The position numbers and the translations under genes are program-made. Shown here piece by piece: positions 7,406 to 14,138 of a DNA stretch of 14,138 nt. Each line of letters opens with the position of its first letter. Positions within the stretch are counted from its first letter, which is position 1. Under the pieces are notes generated by a model. That model saw only the letters and a list, made by a program, of their open reading frames with translations, was not told the DNA's origin and made no database searches. The DNA comes from a virus (taxonomy: Duplodnaviria; Heunggongvirae; Uroviricota; Caudoviricetes), in IMG/VR virus record IMGVR_UViG_2690316152_000014. One strand, written 5' to 3'.

Positions 7406-7684
7406 TTATTTTTGTTTGAGTATGTCGAGAACTTGGTCAAATTTAGCATCCATCGCAACCACTTTTTTCTCTATGCCGTGTAGTGTTTGTTCCATTTGGT
7501 AAACACGTTCAGCAATCTGAGTATGGTTGTTCTGCATCGTCTCAAACTTCTGGTTTAACAATGCGTCGCTGGATTCCAATTTAGATAACCTATTTTCAGT
7601 TGCTATTTGATTTCGGTGAAGTCTCCAAAGACCACCACAAATTAAGGCGATAACACCGATACCGCCATATATAATTTCAGTCAT
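7406..7684 (-). CDS. membrane-anchored coiled-coil protein (92 aa); function unknown
   Basis: N-terminal helix IIYGGIGVIALICGGLW, then heptad-like sequence rich in Q/E/K/L. GGGGGCG SD 4 nt upstream of ATG 7684. Confidence 0.55.
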   Translation of the reverse strand: MTEIIYGGIGVIALICGGLWRLHRNQIATENRLSKLESSDALLNQKFETMQNNHTQIAERVYQMEQTLHGIEKKVVAMDAKFDQVLDILKQK

Positions 7685-7726
7685 TACGCCCCCGATATTT
7701 TTATAATTTAATGGCAGAATTATTTA

Positions 7727-7769
7727 GATAAAAATAATCCCGCCTAATCACAAAGTATTAAGCGGGATT
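7727..7769 (-). terminator. hairpin terminator candidate downstream of the J-like gene
   Basis: On the minus strand: AATCCCGCTTAA ... TTAGGCGGGATT stem-loop followed by ATTTTTATC. The long loop lowers confidence. Confidence 0.35.
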
Positions 7770-7787
7770 TATTATTAAATTAAATTG

Positions 7788-10700
7788 TTAACGAATAGAA
7801 ATACCAGAAGTGGCTTTTTTAGCGACCATCACAACAACATCGGTCGCACTACCCGATCTACGGGTTGAAACAGGCCATGCTTTAAACTCTAAAGTCACGC
7901 TACCCTTACCCGCTGGCATGTCTATAACGCTACTGTATGCAATAGGTATTGGTCCGCCTGATTCTAATGCTTTCAGTAAAGTACCATTTTTACGCACTTC
8001 TAAACGCATACGGCTATACCCGGTTCTGCCCGGATTATCACCAGTTCCTGCAATATCGTATTCAGCGCCAGCAACAATAATTGGCGGAATGATGATTTGA
8101 CGGTCAAATTTATGGTCATCATTGATCGTTACGGTAACAGCACCATCAGGAACACCAGCATCACCTAAAGTAGCAGCACCACGAGGAAACGCCTTAGATA
8201 CAGTCTTAACAAAATCACCGCGTACCTGAGTAGCTTCTAACATACCCTTAATAACACAGGATTCGTTAATCGTGACGTTGTTCAGAGTACCGGAATCAGC
8301 CGTGATATTACCTTTGATTTTGGCATTCATGAACGTAGCGGACCCGTTCTTGTTGATATGCCATCCGGTAGATCCGTTCCAGTTGGAAGACTGGATATAG
8401 TTACCGATTTTAGCGTTATCAATTGCACCGTTTACAATCTTGGCGTTAGTGATCGCCCCGTCCTGAATCTTCGCGCTATTAATTGCAGCATTGCCGATTT
8501 TAGCCGTGGTGATTGCCGCATCAGTAATCTGGGCTGTGCCGATTGAGGCATTACGGATCATGGACCAGTCCATATACACCTTGTTTCCTTCGACACCAAA
8601 CGGAACAACACCCGCCGCGCCATCCTGTGGAGCTACCACCAGCTTATCAGCCGTAAAGATGATTTTAGTCGGTTGTGCCGGATCGTTAGTTGCGCTCATG
8701 TGAATACCAGCCACACGACCATCTGCATTAACTGCAAGATTGTATTTGCTGTTAATGGTTCCCTTCAAAGCATCGATCTTAACGTCCGCTTCTTGGTTAA
8801 CACCAGCAATCTTGCCATCCATTTCTACCCGAACTTGATCAATCTTACTTGCGCTTGCTGCCTCACTGGTTGCAATTGCTTGTTTCAGGGTAGTAGCAGA
8901 TGCGCTAACTTCTTTGGTGATATCACCTTTCAATTCAGCTTTAACCTGATCAATCTTAGTGGAGCTAGCTTGATCACCAGAGACAATCAGACTCTTAAGA
9001 GTATCGGCTGAGGCTTGGACCGTCTGTCCTGTTTCAGTAGTGATTTGCTTGTGCATTGCATCAATTTTAGCATCGGCATTTTCGCCAGCTTGAGCAATAG
9101 CATCAGCGATAGTTTCATCTAAGCGATCTTGTAAACCAATCAGGTCTTCCAGTGCTTCTTTGTCCTGATCTTCCCAACTAATCGAAGATTTCATAGACAT
9201 GAAATACGGTTCAGACCAGACAGCATCATCCATGCCGAAAATATCGTAGTGAGCACCACGGATATAATAATCACCATCAGCCAAATCAAAGGAAGTATGG
9301 CTAACACTATTCGTGCTTACTGCCCTTGCATCGGAGAAAGTGTTATCGGTTGCATACTGGATGATTGACCCTGCATAGTCATGTTCTACGTCATCTGTCC
9401 AGCTAACAAACGCAGTATTAAAGCCACCACGCGCACTAAAACCTTTCATCGGCTTATGCTGTGGGTTGATAGCCACTAAACGCGCTGGGGCGCTCTCTGA
9501 GTTGTTATATCCTTTAACCGATACTTCCACCGTCAGTTGACGCGAAAGGCCGTTAAACTGGTTCATATCAAGCGTATAAGTCCATGATTCAGGATCGCGG
9601 GTACGGTACTGAATAGACTTACCAGCCTTGTTAGTAACCTTGATAATGTATGCTTCAAACAGGTCACTAAACTTGTTAGCTTCGCCGTTGATCATCACAT
9701 CTAAGCCTTGCTGGTTATCCCATTCGATAATCAGATCATTACCTTCGAAAGTGCCAGCCGTGCTACCCTGATTTTTGATTCGAATAGTCGGAGTCGGCAA
9801 TTCATAGGTAACAGTAGGATTCTGGTTAATCAGTTCTACCCAATCGGATCGCGCGATGATACCGAAAGCACAAATACGGTAATCGTAAGAACGATCTTTA
9901 GCCAGTGCATTGACATTGAAGATTTGCTGTGAAGTCTGACCCAGCTTAATCCAGTTAGGTGATCCGCTTACACGATAATCAATCTGGAAACCATAACGGT
10001 TAAAATCTTCCGGTGCATCCCATGTCAAAGTAACGTTTTTACCGTAAATCGTCTCGCCAGTTGCCTTAATTCTGAAATTAGTAGGCTTCTGTACTGTCAT
10101 TGAATCCGGTAAACCACTTGGTCTATTGTCTGGAGTTGCCGCATAGTTCAGGTCAGTATAAACCTGAGAATTATATTCTGTAGCGGTGATAGTCATCATC
10201 CCAGCAATACCAGAATCAATCGAGCGATCAATTGCGGTAATACGCCATAAAGAATTATTCAGTTTTAATTCATCATAGGTTACGCTAATAACATCCCATA
10301 CTTCGGCAGTGAATGCGTCAGTAGTCATAAAGCTGATAACCTGAGTGATACGAGATTTATTTCGTTCAATGCTCGCTAGTTTATCAATCTGGTCTTTAGA
10401 CTTAACGAAACGATATTCTACATCCTTAGCAATAATTCGACCATCTGCGCGAACAGTAGCATCGTTTTCAGCATCAGCCGGATAACGTAGCATTTGCTCC
10501 GAATAGTCGATTGATGGTTCTTGATATACCGCGTTAATGGTATTGAAATAACCGTTAGTACCACCAGTTTTAAGGGATACTTTACCCATCATAATATTGT
10601 CTTCATTGAAGGTATGCTTAACAATATCAGGAGCATCCAGTTTCAGAGTAATTCTTCCGAAGGATTCGAACATTACCCCGCCGAAAGTCTGCATTAATCC

Positions 10701-11567
10701 GGTTAAGTTCTCTTTAAAGCTGGCGTTCGGATCACATGCACCGTTTGAATGTAGATCCATCTGGCGTACTTGTTTACGCACTTTCAGGAATGAATCAACG
10801 TTAATGTTTTCAATTGGTACACTAAGACCATATTTTGTATTTGTCAGATAATGGAAAATCTGATCCACGCCGTTAGTGCTTGCCTCAATAGCATTGGTTT
10901 CAAGGTTACGGATTTTAAGGCCGCAAACGTCTACTGTTACCTGGCTATTCGTTTGCAGAATATCAACACCAGCAGCCAGAGATTTGTCATCACGGCGTAA
11001 AACAATACACATGGTCGCAATACCGTTACCCTTGTAAGCATCGGTCCAGTCTGAGCCTAAATGATGTTTAGCCAGTGACAATGCGGTGTTAGGATTCTTA
11101 CCCGTGCGAAACTCAACTTCTAAAACTTTGCGGTATTCGTCTTTAATGTTGCCCTTATCGAGTACACCATCACGGATCGTCATGTTCTTACCGACCAACA
11201 CATTTTTATTATCGATAAAGAGTGCTTTGTAATGGTCGATTTCACCCTCTGCAACAGAAAAGATTTGCACTAACTTATTGTTTTCTTTCTTAGAAATAGC
11301 TTTGTAAACGCAGTTTGTGCCAGTACGGGTAACACCAAAAAGAACGGGTACTACTGTTTTTGGATCGGTTGATGTTCCTAGTGTCACCGCATTATCTGGG
11401 CTTTGTACTTTAGGCGTTTTTGGCGTAGCAGCTACGGAAGCAATCAAGGTCATTGCACCAGCAGCCATACCGATAGCAACTGCGGTCATAACAGAGAATG
11501 TTGCAGCAGCAGCCATCCCAGCAGATGCACCCGCAATAACCGCACCTACTAATACTTCAATTCCCAT
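7788..11567 (-). CDS. lambda J-like central tail fiber / host specificity protein (1259 aa) with an N-terminal extension resembling the C-terminus of tail assembly protein I
   Basis: Size and position after the K-like gene. C-terminal ~200 aa match my recollection of the lambda J receptor-binding region (SGTLNNVTINE, DDHKFDRQIIIP, VIDMPAGKG, VVVMVAKKATSGISI). N-terminal Gly/Ala-rich hydrophobic segment and VVPVLFG motif resemble the gpI C-terminus. ATG at 11567 overlaps the upstream stop (TAATG). Confidence 0.85.
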   Translation of the reverse strand: MGIEVLVGAVIAGASAGMAAAATFSVMTAVAIGMAAGAMTLIASVAATPKTPKVQSPDNAVTLGTSTDPKTVVPVLFGVTRTGTNCVYKAISKKENNKLVQIFSVAEGEIDHYKALFIDNKNVLVGKNMTIRDGVLDKGNIKDEYRKVLEVEFRTGKNPNTALSLAKHHLGSDWTDAYKGNGIATMCIVLRRDDKSLAAGVDILQTNSQVTVDVCGLKIRNLETNAIEASTNGVDQIFHYLTNTKYGLSVPIENINVDSFLKVRKQVRQMDLHSNGACDPNASFKENLTGLMQTFGGVMFESFGRITLKLDAPDIVKHTFNEDNIMMGKVSLKTGGTNGYFNTINAVYQEPSIDYSEQMLRYPADAENDATVRADGRIIAKDVEYRFVKSKDQIDKLASIERNKSRITQVISFMTTDAFTAEVWDVISVTYDELKLNNSLWRITAIDRSIDSGIAGMMTITATEYNSQVYTDLNYAATPDNRPSGLPDSMTVQKPTNFRIKATGETIYGKNVTLTWDAPEDFNRYGFQIDYRVSGSPNWIKLGQTSQQIFNVNALAKDRSYDYRICAFGIIARSDWVELINQNPTVTYELPTPTIRIKNQGSTAGTFEGNDLIIEWDNQQGLDVMINGEANKFSDLFEAYIIKVTNKAGKSIQYRTRDPESWTYTLDMNQFNGLSRQLTVEVSVKGYNNSESAPARLVAINPQHKPMKGFSARGGFNTAFVSWTDDVEHDYAGSIIQYATDNTFSDARAVSTNSVSHTSFDLADGDYYIRGAHYDIFGMDDAVWSEPYFMSMKSSISWEDQDKEALEDLIGLQDRLDETIADAIAQAGENADAKIDAMHKQITTETGQTVQASADTLKSLIVSGDQASSTKIDQVKAELKGDITKEVSASATTLKQAIATSEAASASKIDQVRVEMDGKIAGVNQEADVKIDALKGTINSKYNLAVNADGRVAGIHMSATNDPAQPTKIIFTADKLVVAPQDGAAGVVPFGVEGNKVYMDWSMIRNASIGTAQITDAAITTAKIGNAAINSAKIQDGAITNAKIVNGAIDNAKIGNYIQSSNWNGSTGWHINKNGSATFMNAKIKGNITADSGTLNNVTINESCVIKGMLEATQVRGDFVKTVSKAFPRGAATLGDAGVPDGAVTVTINDDHKFDRQIIIPPIIVAGAEYDIAGTGDNPGRTGYSRMRLEVRKNGTLLKALESGGPIPIAYSSVIDMPAGKGSVTLEFKAWPVSTRRSGSATDVVVMVAKKATSGISIR
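8395..8545 (-). repeat. in-frame tandem short repeats inside the J-like gene, encoding (D/N)(A/G)AI(T/N)x-AKI(G/Q/V) units
   Basis: Protein segment TAQITDAAITTAKIGNAAINSAKIQDGAITNAKIVNGAIDNAKIGN. Matching DNA repeats of GCCGATTTTAGC / CGCGAAGATTCAGGA type were read by eye; coordinates are approximate. Confidence 0.45.
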
Positions 11568-11986
11568 TATTCACCCCCGAATCTATAAACTTGTTCATAG
11601 TCAATGTCTGAAACAGGAACGGTCATCCAGATACCATCTTCGGTAATAAGGCCATAACCGGAATAATGAGGAACTACGGAATAATAATTGCGGTTTCCTA
11701 ACTTGTGAGCGGTAACTAATAAGTCGCCGTCCTGTAAATCATCAGTGACTAATTTGAAATGCTTCTTAATTGGTTGAAGGATGTTTGTATATCCGCTTAA
11801 TTCTTTGCAGACTTTCAAGCCTTCTTCTTTCGTAGAATATTTTTTATAAAGAGAATCATGCAGGTCAGTACCAGCGAGAATATCGATGATCTTACATGCA
11901 ATTAAATTGCAATCATTCTCACCTTGAACGAACTCCTGACCTACTAATGAATTGATATAATCGGTGATAAGCCTAGTTTTTAGCAT
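11567..11986 (-). CDS. tail assembly protein K-like, NlpC/P60-type domain only (139 aa)
   Basis: GENDCNLIACKI resembles the catalytic-Cys motif of NlpC/P60 and of the gpK C-terminal domain; a His lies downstream (PHYSG). No JAMM/MPN HxH motif. Start chosen at ATG 11986 with GGAGG 8 nt upstream; the track's longer ORF (start 12142) overlaps the preceding gene by about 110 nt. Confidence 0.6.
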   Translation of the reverse strand: MLKTRLITDYINSLVGQEFVQGENDCNLIACKIIDILAGTDLHDSLYKKYSTKEEGLKVCKELSGYTNILQPIKKHFKLVTDDLQDGDLLVTAHKLGNRNYYSVVPHYSGYGLITEDGIWMTVPVSDIDYEQVYRFGGE

Positions 11987-12032
11987 GTTGAATACCTCCA
12001 TGCAGTTATTTACTAGGCTTAGGGAGAAGGGA

Positions 12033-12686
12033 TTATTTTTTAGAAGAATGCCACTTGCTTTCTGAGTTCCACTTCCCGGCACGAGAGAAGAATAGATCGT
12101 TCTCGTTTCCAACATAGGATCGGTGGATACCATCGGAAGCATGACTACGGGCGTTTTTATCTAGAACTTCCCAGATACTATTAAGCTGAAATTCTGATTC
12201 GTTTTTACACTCATCATCTTCATGTTCGATGTTAATCCCGATGGAATCGACTACCCCACGGAAAACAGGGTAAGTAGTTTCAACCTTGCCCGTGTTAGGG
12301 TTCAGGAACACCATTTCGATTTTTACATCAGATTTATCGAATTGCTTGTTTCGAATCAGGGTGATGTATTCCTCGCGAACGTTAGAAACGGTTACGTTAA
12401 TCCCGTTGTTGTTGATCTCCTTCTCTTCGGTATTCGATGAGATTTGAAGAAAATCACCCGTTGCGAGATATGTAAAACCGTTGTAGTCCAAATCGAAATA
12501 CCCATCAGTAAGCCGTAGAACGTCCCCTGACGCGGTGACTGCTTCGATAATGTAAAACATCGATCCAGTGGAGAAAAGCTGTGGTAACGTCAATTTAGAC
12601 ACGTTCTGACCTGTCTGGTCGTTGTAGACCTCGATGAAGTCCAGATTAGTGCATAGTTTGCTGAATGATTCCTGAATAGTTGCCAT
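12033..12686 (-). CDS. minor tail protein (gpL position; 217 aa)
   Basis: Synteny between the upstream minor tail protein and the K-like gene. Start ATG 12686 overlaps the upstream stop (TAATG), with GGAG upstream. Unlike lambda gpL there is no C-terminal Cys cluster, so the assignment is positional. Confidence 0.5.
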   Translation of the reverse strand: MATIQESFSKLCTNLDFIEVYNDQTGQNVSKLTLPQLFSTGSMFYIIEAVTASGDVLRLTDGYFDLDYNGFTYLATGDFLQISSNTEEKEINNNGINVTVSNVREEYITLIRNKQFDKSDVKIEMVFLNPNTGKVETTYPVFRGVVDSIGINIEHEDDECKNESEFQLNSIWEVLDKNARSHASDGIHRSYVGNENDLFFSRAGKWNSESKWHSSKK

Positions 12687-13246
12687 TATACATTCTCCAC
12701 TAATTCGAATTTCATCTTGCCAATCTGGGCGATCTTCCAATCGATTTCTTCGGTTTTGAGAAGAAATTCACCCTCAACGTTCTGATACTTGACTACCTCA
12801 CCCGCTAGAACATGCTGACGCAAGTTAGGAAAGAGTTTCATTTCACCACCTGATTTCACGTCTTCGGTGATCGTGTAGATTTTCTTGTGGTTCTCAAACT
12901 GTACAATCGTTCCCGCTTTCAGTGTTCCGGTGAAGTTGGAGAGTCTTACCTTACGCCCACCACGGTCAGTACGAGCAGCAGCCGTAACCATCTGGCGTAC
13001 ATCACCTGTATATTTTGAAAAGTAAGATAGTGGCACACTGAAAGGACGACCAAAAAGGTGACGTGCTACAAATTCTTTTACTTCGTTAATATCCTGAGCC
13101 ATGAAATTAGCTGTAAATTCTGCTTCATAAAAATGAATGCCAGTAAAGCGACGCTGGAACTTACCAGAAATAGATTGCGCCTTGAAGAAAGGCTGTTTTG
13201 ATTTAAGAGTAAAATCTGTGATTTTAATATTCTTGGATTTGAACAT
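12686..13246 (-). CDS. minor/distal tail protein (gpM or Dit position; 186 aa)
   Basis: First gene after the tape-measure-like ORF. Its GGGGG SD lies inside the 3' arm of a 12-bp hairpin. Assignment is positional only. Confidence 0.5.
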   Translation of the reverse strand: MFKSKNIKITDFTLKSKQPFFKAQSISGKFQRRFTGIHFYEAEFTANFMAQDINEVKEFVARHLFGRPFSVPLSYFSKYTGDVRQMVTAAARTDRGGRKVRLSNFTGTLKAGTIVQFENHKKIYTITEDVKSGGEMKLFPNLRQHVLAGEVVKYQNVEGEFLLKTEEIDWKIAQIGKMKFELVENV

Positions 13247-13296
13247 AGAAAAGCCCCCATAGTTTTATGATTATTTATCACTATGGGGGCTTTTAA
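13244..13296 (-). promoter_or_regulatory. intercistronic stem-loop with a 12-bp perfect stem that sequesters the SD of the downstream gene
   Basis: AAGCCCCCATAG (13251-13262) pairs with CTATGGGGGCTT (13281-13292), with an 18-nt loop. Lies between the tape-measure-like stop (13297-13299) and ATG 13246. Confidence 0.55.
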
Positions 13297-14018
13297 TTAC
13301 ATCTTACGACGCTGGACGTCTTCTACATGCTGCGCAACTAATTTAGCATGACGTTTGATAGCATCCATGACCATCTTGTCTGAGCTATTAACGTTGCCGT
13401 TAATGTTCAAAGGCGCATTAACTTCAATCGGCTGAGAGTTGCCGCCTGATTTTTGAGCAGATAAGAAGTCTTTCAAATCACCGTTAGTACGCTGATCAAC
13501 TACTCGTTCACCCTTATCAAGCAACCATGTACCCTCACGCGGGATGTTATCGATACCATCATGCGCCATACCACTAACGTTAGTAGACTTGATGTTAGCA
13601 ATGCTTCCCATGTTCTGAGCAACAGCCAAAGCACTAGCGGCGATCTTCTGTCCTGTGGTTACGTTGGTCGGATCGTTCCATGCATCGGTGGCAGCCGTCC
13701 ACATGTTCACCGTCGCTTGCCCGATAGAGAATGCTTTATGAGCATTAAAAGCCATTTGCATAGCTTTAGTGTTTTCCTGCCCGAAAAGAGTCATTGCAGC
13801 AGAAAAACCACTGTACATATCATCGGCTATTGACTGGCGAGCATCAGCATATTTCTTCTCAATTGCAGCCATCCGTTTTTGATGGTTTTCGTTGAGTTTT
13901 TCTAATGCAGCCATCCGTTTAGCCGGATCATTAATACCATCGATCTTAAGACTTTCGGTCTTATAGTCTTGTTCAGCTTCCGATTTCTCTTTATCGATTG
14001 CATTAAATTTAGCAAACG
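13297..14018 (-). pseudogene. tail tape-measure-like protein, C-terminal fragment; 5' part cut off by an IS insertion
   Basis: The frame stays open upstream of Met 13914 to the IS junction at 14018/14019 and meets a stop only inside the IS (TAG at 14044-14046 on the minus strand). Ala-rich, helical composition and the position upstream of the M/L/K/J-type genes suggest a tape measure protein by synteny. Confidence 0.5.
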
Positions 14019-14138
14019 TGAACCGCCCCGGGAATCCTGGAGACTAAACTCCCTGAGAAAGAGGTAAACAGGATGACTAAAAATACACGTTTTTCCCCCG
14101 AGGTCCGTCAACGGGCAGTTCGTATGGTTCTGGAAAGT
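14019..14138 (+). mobile_element. IS3-family insertion sequence (IS629/IS1203/IS3411-like), left end; continues past the window
   Basis: Starts with TG: TGAACCGCCCCGGGAATCCTGGAGACTAAACTCCCTGAGAAAGAGGTAAACAGG, then an ATG encoding MTKNTRFSPEVRQRAVRMVLES. I recognise this as the IS629-group left inverted repeat and OrfA N-terminus. Confidence 0.8.
14073..14138 (+). CDS. IS3-family transposase OrfA, N-terminal 22 codons (partial)
   Basis: ATG at 14073 preceded by GAGG. Translation MTKNTRFSPEVRQRAVRMVLES is typical of the helix-turn-helix OrfA N-terminus of IS3-family elements. Confidence 0.8.
   Translation, partial: MTKNTRFSPEVRQRAVRMVLES

Noticed and set aside
6675-7502. Plus-strand ORFs 6675-6857 and 7260-7502
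   Set aside because: Antisense to the basic-protein gene and to the 56-aa/92-aa genes. The minus-strand genes have strong SDs and coupling; these do not.
7810-11646. Plus-strand ORFs 70-112 aa inside the J region (7810-8100, 8358-9011, 9708-9932, 10597-10851, 11317-11646)
   Set aside because: All are antisense to the continuous 1259-codon J-like frame.
11987-12142. Extended N-terminus of the K-like ORF (track start 12142, 191 aa)
   Set aside because: It would overlap the preceding minor tail gene by about 110 nt. An internal ATG at 11986 has GGAGG at ideal spacing and lies just after that gene's stop.
12222-13281. ORFs 12222-12440 (+) and 13078-13281 (-)
   Set aside because: Antisense or alternative frames within the minor tail protein genes; the second also spans the intercistronic hairpin.
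13561-14111. ORFs 13561-13833 (+) and 13902-14111 (-)
   Set aside because: The first is antisense to the tape-measure-like fragment. The second runs across the phage/IS junction antisense to the OrfA start and is a junction artefact.
1-14138. CRISPR array or other long non-coding repeat
   Set aside because: No regularly spaced direct repeats were seen. The only tandem repeats are the in-frame coding repeats in J and a 15-bp direct repeat (TGCAGCCATCCGTTT, about 13864 and 13905) inside the tape-measure-like frame.
1-14138. T4-like myovirus origin for the whole window, suggested by the UvsW homolog and TATAAATA motif
   Set aside because: The tail module is lambda-type siphovirus (J/K/L-like) and a serine recombinase is present. 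The UvsW-like gene is best read as a mosaic remnant.

Overview
AT-rich, phage-derived segment (prophage or phage-plasmid-like) with tightly packed genes, read by eye with no database search or computation. Three modules are visible. (1) Left, plus strand: a signal-peptide protein and a large serine recombinase (probable integrase), each followed by a hairpin terminator. (2) Middle: a UvsW-like helicase gene that stops just before helicase motif II (likely a remnant), flanked on the opposite strand by two paralogous Cys-rich GIY-YIG-like (T5orf172-like) putative endonucleases, one translationally coupled to an M15-family peptidase. (3) Right, minus strand: a lambda-type tail-tip module, namely a tape-measure-like C-terminal fragment, two minor tail proteins, an NlpC/P60-only K-like protein, and a 1259-aa J-like host-specificity protein whose N-terminus resembles the C-terminus of tail assembly protein I. 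A four-gene cassette of unknown function follows J. At the right edge an IS3-family element (IS629/IS1203-like) has inserted into the tape-measure-like gene, so the tail module is probably defective. Most minus-strand genes share a G5 Shine-Dalgarno with stop/start coupling. Family assignments rest on motif recognition and synteny and need HMM/BLAST confirmation.
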